The notes under the pieces were generated by a model. The model did no database searches, had not been told where the DNA came from, and saw only the letters and a program-made list of their open reading frames with translations. Position numbers and translations under genes: made by a program. DNA of 64,000 bases from Longimicrobiales bacterium (GTDB lineage Bacteria > Gemmatimonadota > Gemmatimonadetes > Longimicrobiales > Gaopeijiaceae): assembly GCA_965116905.1 (NCBI GenBank), contig OZ220732.1, forward strand, positions 1,504,001 through 1,568,000, written 5' to 3'. How positions within the stretch are numbered: position 1 is the stretch's first letter; every line of letters starts with the position of its first letter. This document shows, piece after piece, positions 19,996 to 28,350 of the stretch.

Positions 19996-21576
19996 ATGTC
20001 GATCGCAAAGCTGTCCGGAACCTCCCTGATGGCGGGGGTGCTCACGTTGCCGGGAGCCGCTGCCGCGGCCCTGGTCGCCACAAGCCTGGCGTCCCCCCCT
20101 CTCGCCGCGCAGTCTGACGTGTCCGCCCGGCGCGACGCGGCCCCGCAGGAAGCCCCGCCCGCCCAGGAGGACGTCACCTTCACCCGCGACATCGCGCCCA
20201 TCCTCCAGCGCGCCTGCGTGCGCTGTCACCGTGACGACGGCGTGGCCCCCATGTCGCTCGTCGCTTACGACGAGGTGAAGCCCTACGCAAGCCGGATCGC
20301 GCGCCGCACGCAGATCCGCGACCGCGCAGGCGCGATGCCCCCCTGGTACGTCGAGAAGGACATCGGCATCCAGCACTTCAAGGACGACATGTCCCTCCAG
20401 GACCACGAGATCGCCGCGCTGCAGCAGTGGTGGCGCGCCGGAACGCCCGAAGGCGACCCCGCGGATCTTCCTCCCCCGCTCGAGTTCGACGACGAAGTGG
20501 TGTGGGTGGCGGGCGAGCCCGACCTGATCGTGAAGCTGCCCGAGGTGCTGGTCGAAGACGACGTCCCCGACTGGTGGGGCGACATCGAACCGATCCCGAC
20601 CGGCCTCACCGAAGACCGCTACGTCAAGTCCGTCGAGATCCGCGAGGTCAACGACGTCGGCCGCAACCCCGACGGCGGACACGAGGGACGCCACACCGTC
20701 GGCGGCCGCTTCGTCGTGCACCACATGATCTGGAGCACCCGCGTCCCCGCCGAGGAAGCGGGCGACGGCCCCAGAAGCACGAGCTGGCCGGTCCACGAGG
20801 TCGGCCGCGAGCCCGACATCTTCGACGACGACGCGGGCCGCCTCCTGCGAGCGGGTTCGTCCGTCGTCTCCAACTCGCTGCACCTGCACTCCAACGGCCG
20901 CGACACGCGTGCCCACCTCGAAATCGGCTTCCGCTTCCACCCGCCCGACTACGAGCCGAAATACCGGCGGGCCTTCTTCGGCCTGGGCAACGGCAGCGAC
21001 ATCGACATCCGCGCCGGTGAGGCGGGCCAGGAACTGCACGCCTACCAGGTCCTCAACCAGCACACCAAGATCGTCACTTTCGAACCCCACCTGCACGCCC
21101 CCGGCATGCGCATGTGCCTCGAGGCCATCTGGGGCTTCAACGTCGAGACGATCAACTGCGTCGGCTACGATCACAACTGGGTGCGCGGCTACACCTACGC
21201 CCAGGACCACCAGCCGCTGCTCCCGCGCGGAACGGTCCTGCACATCGTCGGCTACATGGACACTTCGGAAGCGAACCGCAACGTGCCCGACACCCGCAAC
21301 TGGCAGGGCTCCGGCAATCGCTCCGTCGCCAACATGTTCATCGACCTCGGCATGCGCGTCGCCCTCACCGACGAGCAGTTCGTCGAGGAGATGGCGCTCC
21401 GCCGCGAACGCCTCGCACTCGGTCCCAACGACCACGTGATCGGGTGTCCGCTCTGCATGGTCATCCCCGAGAACGGGAATCCCCGCTACTATGCCGCAGA
21501 TGGGGATGGGGCCGGAGGCCAGAGCGACCAGACCGGCAATTCGACGGGTGCGAACCGTGGCCGCGGGAATCGGTAG
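19996..21576 (+). CDS. Exported cytochrome c fused to a copper type II (PHM/DBM-like) monooxygenase domain
   Basis: Signal peptide; CVRCH and MPPW; VHHM, LHLH, PHLH and NMF match the order of PHM CuH/CuM ligands. Confidence 0.72.
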   Translation: MSIAKLSGTSLMAGVLTLPGAAAAALVATSLASPPLAAQSDVSARRDAAPQEAPPAQEDVTFTRDIAPILQRACVRCHRDDGVAPMSLVAYDEVKPYASRIARRTQIRDRAGAMPPWYVEKDIGIQHFKDDMSLQDHEIAALQQWWRAGTPEGDPADLPPPLEFDDEVVWVAGEPDLIVKLPEVLVEDDVPDWWGDIEPIPTGLTEDRYVKSVEIREVNDVGRNPDGGHEGRHTVGGRFVVHHMIWSTRVPAEEAGDGPRSTSWPVHEVGREPDIFDDDAGRLLRAGSSVVSNSLHLHSNGRDTRAHLEIGFRFHPPDYEPKYRRAFFGLGNGSDIDIRAGEAGQELHAYQVLNQHTKIVTFEPHLHAPGMRMCLEAIWGFNVETINCVGYDHNWVRGYTYAQDHQPLLPRGTVLHIVGYMDTSEANRNVPDTRNWQGSGNRSVANMFIDLGMRVALTDEQFVEEMALRRERLALGPNDHVIGCPLCMVIPENGNPRYYAADGDGAGGQSDQTGNSTGANRGRGNR

Positions 21577-21598
21577 CGGCGTGGGAGGAGGGTTCGCG

Positions 21599-22712
21599 GT
21601 GACAGCGCCGCCTGGCTGGCGGGACCGGACGCCGATTCGAGCGCGGGGCCAGGTGGCCGCGGTGACCGTTCCGTTCGCGATCTCCCTGCTCGTTGCCTTC
21701 GCGATCCCCCCCCGAAGCTGCCGCCCAGACCTATCAGCGCGGCCAGAACGTGGCGCCCGCCTTCGAGGGCTGGGAGCGCAACGAGGACGGCTCGTTCAGC
21801 TTCCTCTTCGGCTACATGAACCGGAACTGGCTCGAAGAGGTCGACGTGCCGGTCGGGGAGCACAACGCGTTCTCGCCCGGCCCGGCGGACCGGGGACAGC
21901 CCACGCACTTCCTGCCGCGCCGCAACCGCTTCGTGTTCAAGGTCCGCGTGCCCGCCGACTGGGGCGACAGGGAACTGGTGTGGACGCTCACGAGCAACGG
22001 CGTCACCGAGCGCGCCTACGCGACCCTGCGGCCCGACTACGTGGTCGACAACGTCGTGATCATGTCCGAGACGGGCGCCCTGGGAGCCGGGTCGAGCAAC
22101 GCGCAGATGCGGGCGAACCAGCCTCCGACGATCACGCTCGAGGGACCGGAAGCGCGCCAGGCCACCGTGGGAGTCCCGCTCGGCATCACGGTGCTCGTGG
22201 AGGACGACGGCCTGCTGAGATCTCGCCGCCGACCTCCGCCCCCGCCCCCGGAGACTCCCGAGGACTCCGCGCGCGCCGACTCGATCTGGAACGCGCCGCC
22301 GACCTTCAGCCGCAGACAGCTCACCCCTCCGTCCCGGATCACCGTGCAGAAGGCCAACGGCCTGTTCATGTCGTGGTTCCTGTACCGGGGCGACGGGGCC
22401 GAAGACGACATCGAGGCCGGCGAGAGCCCCGCGGCCGGCGAGCGCCCCGCGGCTGGCCAGCGCCCCGCGGCCGGCGAGAGCCCCGTGACCTTCGATCCGC
22501 CCCAGATCAAGGTGTGGGAGGACACGCGCGCCGGGGCCAACTCGCCCTGGGCCCCGCTGTGGGTGCCGCCCGAACTGCCTGAAGACGGCCGCTGGACCGT
22601 AAACGTAACCTTCGACCAGCCGGGGACCTACCTGCTGCGCGGGCGTGCGGACGACGGCGGCCTGTTCGCGGACGTGGAGGTCACGGTGACGGTGAGGCCG
22701 GTGGCGAGTTGA
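21599..22712 (+). CDS. Exported protein with a C-terminal Ig/PKD-like domain; frameshifted at a C8 tract
   Basis: GGAGG then GTG at 21599; the signal peptide VAAVTVPFAISLLVAFAIPP joins EAAAQTYQ only if C8 (21706-21713) is C7; VTFDQPGTYLLRGRADDG tail. Confidence 0.7.
22416..22484 (+). repeat. 18-bp coding tandem repeat, about 4 copies
   Basis: GCCGGCGAGAGCCCCGCG-like units encoding AGESPA, AGERPA, AGQRPA, AGESP. Confidence 0.85.
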
Positions 22713-22731
22713 CTCAGGTCCAGGCCTGGGT

Positions 22732-22760
22732 TTGACTCGGCACCATCTTACCAGTAAGAT
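22732..22760 (+). promoter_or_regulatory. Sigma70-type promoter with an overlapping palindromic operator
   Basis: TTGACT-17nt-TAAGAT; ATCTTAC-CA-GTAAGAT at 22745-22760; 7 nt separate the -10 from the ATG. Confidence 0.75.
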
Positions 22761-22767
22761 TCCTGTC

Positions 22768-23028
22768 ATGAACGACATCGCAACAACCAGATTGTCGTCC
22801 AAAGGTCAGGTCGTTATTCCGGAAGCGATTCGACAGAGGATGGGACTCGAAACGGGCACCGAGTTTGTGGTGGTCGGCGAAGATGGGACGGTGGTACTCA
22901 AGGTGATCGAGCCGCCTTCGATGCGGGATTTCGACGAGATTGTGGCAAAGGCGCGAAGCGGTGCGCGGCTTGCCGGACTGCGCGAATCCGATATCGCTGA
23001 TGCGATCCGCGCCGTACGATCGGCGTGA
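22768..23028 (+). CDS. AbrB/MazE/SpoVT-family antitoxin
   Basis: TTRLSSKGQVVIPEAIRQRMGLETG. Confidence 0.9.
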   Translation: MNDIATTRLSSKGQVVIPEAIRQRMGLETGTEFVVVGEDGTVVLKVIEPPSMRDFDEIVAKARSGARLAGLRESDIADAIRAVRSA

Positions 23029-23135
23029 AGGTCGTCGTCGATACCAACGTCTTCGTCTCGGGAGTGTTCTTTGGCGGACCACCGGGCGACGTGCTCGCGG
23101 CTTGGCGTCTGTCCCTAACGGTCGATGCGGGCTAA
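23025..23135 (+). pseudogene. Truncated PIN-family toxin
   Basis: GTGA overlap with the antitoxin stop; MKVVVDTNVFVSGVFFGGPP is a PIN N-terminus, but it stops after 36 codons. Confidence 0.8.
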
Positions 23136-23153
23136 CCGGACCCCCGCGGCGAG

Positions 23154-23972
23154 TCAAGCCGGTTCGTCGGCAACCCTCGGCAGGATCCCCCCCGGCTGAC
23201 CGAAGTGGGGCACCAGACCCTGTTCCTCCAGGGAGAGCCCGGGGGACGGCGCAGCGAAGTGGCCGCGGTTCGGAGCATGGTATAGACAGCCAACCTCTTC
23301 GTGGGGCCTTCTGCGGATGAACTCGTCCGCATCAGAGAGCGCCGCCTGCCAAACGGTCCTTGCTTCGACGAGATCGAAGGGCCGGGCGAGGGCAAGCCGG
23401 GCGATCTCCTCTGGCTGGAAGCGGCCCCGGCGTTTCAGCTGTTCGAGCAGCGAAGCCGGCGTGAATCCGGGATCCTTGCCGACGGCCGCCCAGACCATTG
23501 CACCCAGGGGCAGGACATGCTGGTGCGCGTGGAGAATGTCTACGAAGTCGCGTGCCTCGTCGCGACCCGCAAGCGTCAGCACCTTGTTGATCGCCAAGTC
23601 CACCTCGTGCAACACCTGGCCGCCCATTTCGTCGCGCACCAGAGGCATGAAGCGCCAGGCCGAGTCGTGAGCCCAGTTGGGGCAGGCCATCGGATCACCG
23701 GCGCCAAGCAGTCGCCCCGCCATCCTCCAGGCCCTCATGTCTCCGTTCTTCTTCAGCGTCTCGGCGACCCAGGCAACGTCGGTGGGGCCAATTTCCAGAT
23801 CCCTGCGGTAGGACCAGAAGCACGGGGCATGAAACTCGCGGAAGGCCCGCCGGGCTTCGCGAACGCGCACCATGGCCCTGGCCGTCTCGGGGTCGAGTGA
23901 GCGACGACTCTTCCTGCCCCCCTTGCGGCCGATCTCCGCCAGGTATCTCTGGATGTTGCTGTCCATGGTCAT
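23154..23972 (-). CDS. Apparent chimera: small KGG-motif protein fused to the C-terminal half of an AbiEii-like nucleotidyltransferase
   Basis: N-terminus EIGRKGGRKS...CFWSY; C-terminus DLAINKVLTLAGRDEARDFVDI; no GG...SxDxD motif. Confidence 0.55.
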   Translation of the reverse strand: MTMDSNIQRYLAEIGRKGGRKSRRSLDPETARAMVRVREARRAFREFHAPCFWSYRRDLEIGPTDVAWVAETLKKNGDMRAWRMAGRLLGAGDPMACPNWAHDSAWRFMPLVRDEMGGQVLHEVDLAINKVLTLAGRDEARDFVDILHAHQHVLPLGAMVWAAVGKDPGFTPASLLEQLKRRGRFQPEEIARLALARPFDLVEARTVWQAALSDADEFIRRRPHEEVGCLYHAPNRGHFAAPSPGLSLEEQGLVPHFGQPGGILPRVADEPA

Positions 23973-24061
23973 ATCATAAGCGGCTTACGTTCATTCGTCG
24001 AGCGTGACGTGTCTTCGCCGGCAACGTGGAGAGTTGGTCCAGGAATCGCCCGGTGGGCGAG

Positions 24062-24466
24062 TTAGGGCTGCAGAATCCGGGCGCGGGGCAGCTTCGCCAT
24101 CGCCCGGTCCAGCGTGAGGACATCCAGATCTTCGCGTGTGTAGTCGTCGGCGATGAGTCGATCCAGCAAGCCGGCACCGCCGGTGCTCCCGATCGCGTCC
24201 AGGACGCTCCTCCCGTTCAAGGGAGCGACGAGGCCGCTGCGCAGCACATGAAGCAGCCCCGCACGGGCGTCCGCCTTGGTCACGCCGTAGTGGTGCTGGA
24301 CCGCGACATATGCCTCGCCGATCACCTGGTTCGACGCGAACACGCCGGCGCCTTCGTCTCTCACGAGGACGGACAGTGCCTGCACGGACCTCGCGAAGTC
24401 AGCCTCGGGGACGCCGGTCAGCAGGCGCACCAGTACGGACGTGTCAATCCCGTAGCGACGGATCAT
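24062..24466 (-). CDS. PIN-domain (VapC-like) toxin
   Basis: GIDTSVLVR, VIGEAY, LLDRLI, LTLDR acidic residues. Confidence 0.85.
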   Translation of the reverse strand: MIRRYGIDTSVLVRLLTGVPEADFARSVQALSVLVRDEGAGVFASNQVIGEAYVAVQHHYGVTKADARAGLLHVLRSGLVAPLNGRSVLDAIGSTGGAGLLDRLIADDYTREDLDVLTLDRAMAKLPRARILQP

Positions 24467-24686
24467 GGGGCTGCGCACGGAAGGAATGGATATCGAACGT
24501 CTCGTATCCGGGTCGCAACTTGCCGCGTAGCGGCGCCAGGCGGGAGAGGTCGATTCGGTGCCGGCGAACGACGAAGCCGTCGGGACCTTCCTCCAACTCG
24601 AGGCGGTCGCCGGGCTGCACGCCCATCGCCTCCAGCACCCGTGCAGGAAACGTGACCTGGCGCTTCGATGTGATCCTGATGAGCAT
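24444..24686 (-). CDS. AbrB/MazE-family antitoxin
   Basis: RITSKRQVTFPARVLEAMGVQPGDRL; overlaps the toxin start. Confidence 0.88.
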   Translation of the reverse strand: MLIRITSKRQVTFPARVLEAMGVQPGDRLELEEGPDGFVVRRHRIDLSRLAPLRGKLRPGYETFDIHSFRAQPHDPSLRD

Positions 24687-24710
24687 GGGGTCCCCTTCCT
24701 GGAAACAAGC

Positions 24711-24736
24711 CTTACGTATTATGGTATTTTCGTAAG
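24711..24736 (-). promoter_or_regulatory. Putative TA operator/promoter
   Basis: CTTACG-N14-CGTAAG enclosing an AT-rich CATAAT on the minus strand. Confidence 0.55.
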
Positions 24737-24756
24737 TAGACGAAGGCAAGGGCCCG

Positions 24757-26706
24757 CTACAGCCGGTACCGCTCCTGCAGCACCGCCACAGACGCCAGCA
24801 TGAGCAGGAGCGAGTCCAGGGAAGGACGGTCATCGGCCGCCAGCGTGGGCAACTGATCCAGCAGGCGCTCCACCGCCCGGTGATCCAGGAAGGGGACCGC
24901 GCGCATGGCCGTCCCGCGCAGGGTGTCCTGCAGGAAGTCGTGGAGTGGGCCGTCCGTGCCGACCGCCGATGGTCCCATGAACGGACGCTTAACGCGCTGG
25001 TAGACCGGGTCCGGGATGTACGGGCGCATGGCTTCGCGCAGCAGGTGCTTCTCGCGGGGGTGGTGGGCGAGGAGGGAGACGGGGAGGCTGTTCGTGTATT
25101 CGAAGAGGTGGTGGTCGAGGAAGGGGAGCCGCACCTCGACGCCGTGCGCCATGTCGAGCCGGTCGGCGGCGAGGTGGTAGTTGGCGAAGAGGGAGTGCAG
25201 CCAGAGGTAGAGCAGTCGCCGGGCGGGCTCGCGCCGGGACAGGTCGGCGGTCCGCCGGCAGCGGCGGTAGTAGGCGCGGTAGAGGTCGTACCCGGCGAAG
25301 TCGTCCAGGAAGTCGCGGGAGCACACCGCGTGGAGCCGGCCGAGGCCGCCCGCCAGGCGCGTGAAGAGCGAGGGCGCCGCCGGAAGCAGGAGAGCGAGGC
25401 GCGCGAGCCAGGGTGAGGCGGCCGCCAGGCCGGGGTAGTGGCGCGAGGGCGAGCGCAGGAATGCTGACAGGATGCGGGGGAGGAGGGTGACGACGCGGGC
25501 GAGGGAGCCAGCGTCGGAAGCGCGGCCGGCCCCCGCCGCGGCCCGCAGGAACTCGTAGCCGAAGAAGGCTTCGTCCGCGCCCTCGCCGGCGAGCACCGAC
25601 TTGTAGCCGGCGTCCCGGACGCCTCGGCTGAGCAGGTACCGCGCGGCGCCGTGCGTGTTGTACTGGATCGTCTCGGCGTGGAACACCGCGTCGGCGAAGT
25701 GATCGGCCAGGTCGCCATCCGCTGCGGTCACGACCGTGTGCCGTGCGCCGGCCGCCGCGGCCGCTTCGCGCGCGCCCCGGCTCTCGTCGTAGTCGCGGCG
25801 CTCGAAGCCGACCGTGAAGGCGGCGACCGGGTCGTCTACACACGACGCGGCCACGCCGAGCACCGCCGACGAGTCCAACCCGCCGCTCAGCAGGCATCCC
25901 ACGGGCACGGCCGCGACCATGCGCAGCGCGACCGACTCTTCCGTGAGTTCGCGCACGCGCCCGATGGCTTCGTCCACTGGGGGGCCGGTCGACCGCGCGC
26001 GGCGGAACGCGGCGGCTCGGGATCGGTGGACCGGGACGGGGAGGTCCCAGTAGCGTTCCAGACGCACCCCGGATCGGTCGGCGTGCAGCACGTGGCCCGG
26101 CGGCACCTGCGAAATGCCCGCGAACAGCGAGATCCTCTCGTCGGGGCAGGCGTGAAGCGCGTGGTAGACGCCCCGCGGGTCCCACGAAGCCGCGATGCCG
26201 GCCGCCATGAGCGCCTTTGCCTCGGACGCGAGGTAGAGGCGGCCTTCCTTCTCGGCATAAAAGAGGGGCTTCAGCCCGAACCGGTCGCGTGCCGCGAAGA
26301 GGACGCCGCTCTCTTCATCCCAAACAGCCATTGCAAACTGTCCCCGCAGGTGCTGAAGGCACGCGGGGCCGAGGTCCTCGTACAGGTGGAGCGCGATTTC
26401 GCTGTCCGAGCGCGTGCGGAAGCGGTGGCCCTTCGCTTCGAGCCCCTTGCGGATGCGCTTGTAGTCGTAGAACTGGCCGTTGACGACGATGTGGAGGCGC
26501 CCGTCCTCGCTGGCGATCGGCTGGTGACCTTCGGGGTCGGTGATCGCGAGGAGGTTGTGGCCCAGGCCCGCGCGTCCCGAGGGGGAGACCCAGATCCGCT
26601 CGCCGTCGGGGCCGCGGTGGCGGAGCGCGGCGGTGGCGTGGCGGAGGGCTTGCTCGGGCACGGGGTGGCCGGGATCCGGCGACAGGATTACGGCGATTCC
26701 ACACAT
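24757..26706 (-). CDS. asnB: Asparagine synthase (glutamine-hydrolysing)-like amidotransferase
   Basis: MCGI N-terminal nucleophile, HRGPD, RDRFGLKPLFY, SGGLDS, GEGADE, EVRLPFLD. True substrate uncertain. Confidence 0.85.
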   Translation of the reverse strand: MCGIAVILSPDPGHPVPEQALRHATAALRHRGPDGERIWVSPSGRAGLGHNLLAITDPEGHQPIASEDGRLHIVVNGQFYDYKRIRKGLEAKGHRFRTRSDSEIALHLYEDLGPACLQHLRGQFAMAVWDEESGVLFAARDRFGLKPLFYAEKEGRLYLASEAKALMAAGIAASWDPRGVYHALHACPDERISLFAGISQVPPGHVLHADRSGVRLERYWDLPVPVHRSRAAAFRRARSTGPPVDEAIGRVRELTEESVALRMVAAVPVGCLLSGGLDSSAVLGVAASCVDDPVAAFTVGFERRDYDESRGAREAAAAAGARHTVVTAADGDLADHFADAVFHAETIQYNTHGAARYLLSRGVRDAGYKSVLAGEGADEAFFGYEFLRAAAGAGRASDAGSLARVVTLLPRILSAFLRSPSRHYPGLAAASPWLARLALLLPAAPSLFTRLAGGLGRLHAVCSRDFLDDFAGYDLYRAYYRRCRRTADLSRREPARRLLYLWLHSLFANYHLAADRLDMAHGVEVRLPFLDHHLFEYTNSLPVSLLAHHPREKHLLREAMRPYIPDPVYQRVKRPFMGPSAVGTDGPLHDFLQDTLRGTAMRAVPFLDHRAVERLLDQLPTLAADDRPSLDSLLLMLASVAVLQERYRL

Positions 26707-26713
26707 CGGCGGC

Positions 26714-28204
26714 TCAGTCGGGGAGGTGCACGGCAACTTGCCCGTTGGCGCAGTTGAAGCGCATCAGGGGGACTTGCTCGCCGCGGGTGAGCTCGAGGTT
26801 GTCCGGGGTGATCCGCTGGACGACCGCGACCGCCTCGATTTCGCCGGCTTCGGGGTGCGTGCGCGCGAACCGCTGGGCGTGCCTCTCGAGCAGCGATCGG
26901 CGGACGGCGGCGAGCTTTTGGGGCTCCATCTGCAGCCACACGTTGCCGAAGAAGTAGGATTGGAGGAGAAGGTGCCGCATACCTCCCGGGAAGAGCTCAC
27001 GCGGCTCGATGCGCCTTTCGCGGCCCGGGCGGAGGCTCCGCACCTCGTACCGGACGTGATAGTTCCGCTCGTCCACCCAGTCGAACAGCCGGTAGCTCTG
27101 GTAGAGTCCCACCAGCCACAGGAGGGCGCGCACGGGGTTGGCCCATCGTTCGCCGGAGTAGGGCTGGCCGGGCCTGGGCAGCCTCAACCGGGCCCTCACC
27201 GCCTGCCACGCACTCATGATCGCCAGAAGCGCGACGAGGGTGAGCGCGGCGAGGTCCGCGGGGCCGGCCGCGGTCGCGGTTTCGGCGGCGGCCCCGGGCG
27301 CGGCGGCAGAGGCCCCGGTGGCGGCGGCCGTGGCCCCGGTGGCGGCGAGTCCCGGGACGCCCTGCAAGACTCCCTGCACGATCTCGGGCGCAAACGGGAG
27401 GGCCAGCGCGGACAGCATGAGCGCGTTGGAGTACGGGATCTTGAGCGTGGCGATGATGCCCAGGTGGAAGACGGCGGCGGCCGCCAGGAGCGCCCACTTG
27501 GCGGCTGAGCCCGCCGGCAGCACGAAGATCAGGACGAAGAGCGGTTCCAGAAACAGTGCGGCCCAGGTCACGATGCGCAGACCGGACCGATGGCGGATCG
27601 ACCACAAGTCGGGCGTGCGTGCGATCGGCATCCTGAGCGCGGCGTGCATGGCGGAGCCGCCTCGCCACATGGGGCTGGCGAACTTGTACAGGCCGGCGAC
27701 CAGGTAGATCAGCGCCATGTTGGCCATGAAGGCGCGGGGGGCGGTGCCGGGGACGGTCGCGGTGGCCCAGCTGCCCCCCAGCAGGTCCGGCAGGTTCAGG
27801 GTGGTGCCGACGGGTAGCAGGATCAGCCACAGGCAGAAGAGGTGGACGATCGAGTCGTCCAGGTAGGCGACGAGCGCGTTCCAGCGATAGGTCGAGACCG
27901 CCGCCGCGAACAGGAACACGGCCGCCGCGCGGGGGTGCCAGCCGATGACGACCAGGATCGCAGCCGCGCACGCGCCCAGGTAGACGGCGCGGAAGACCCA
28001 CCCGGGCATTCCCGGCTGAAAGAGGCTGATCCGGGTGGGGGGAAAGAGGCGAACCGAAAGCCGGTGGTCGATCAGGCCGTCGGGGTCGGAGAAGTCGCCC
28101 GCGTGGCGGTACGCGTTGGCGAAATAGACGAAGAGCACGCCTCCCGCGAGGATGCGCATGATGTCCAGCGGGAGGGCGTGGATCGGGGCTGCGAGCGTAT
28201 GCAT
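26714..28204 (-). CDS. HTTM-domain (vitamin K-dependent carboxylase-like) membrane protein
   Basis: Multiple TM helices; IGWHPR, IYLVAGLYK...WRGGSA, FHLGI, GLYQSYRLF. Confidence 0.7.
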   Translation of the reverse strand: MHTLAAPIHALPLDIMRILAGGVLFVYFANAYRHAGDFSDPDGLIDHRLSVRLFPPTRISLFQPGMPGWVFRAVYLGACAAAILVVIGWHPRAAAVFLFAAAVSTYRWNALVAYLDDSIVHLFCLWLILLPVGTTLNLPDLLGGSWATATVPGTAPRAFMANMALIYLVAGLYKFASPMWRGGSAMHAALRMPIARTPDLWSIRHRSGLRIVTWAALFLEPLFVLIFVLPAGSAAKWALLAAAAVFHLGIIATLKIPYSNALMLSALALPFAPEIVQGVLQGVPGLAATGATAAATGASAAAPGAAAETATAAGPADLAALTLVALLAIMSAWQAVRARLRLPRPGQPYSGERWANPVRALLWLVGLYQSYRLFDWVDERNYHVRYEVRSLRPGRERRIEPRELFPGGMRHLLLQSYFFGNVWLQMEPQKLAAVRRSLLERHAQRFARTHPEAGEIEAVAVVQRITPDNLELTRGEQVPLMRFNCANGQVAVHLPD

Positions 28205-28350
28205 GATGGGGTCGGGACAATGTAGCAGGAGCCCATGTCCCAACCATCCATTGCCCGCCGCGACGGGCTGGCCGACCTTGCGCGGTGTGGTCGCCGCGCC
28301 GGCGAACGCCCCGCTTCCTCCCCACGAATCCGGTCGAAAGCGAGACATCG

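Noticed and set aside
24757..26706. Lasso peptide cyclase
   Set aside because: The Ntn glutaminase domain is intact, and no B1/B2 proteins or precursor are visible.
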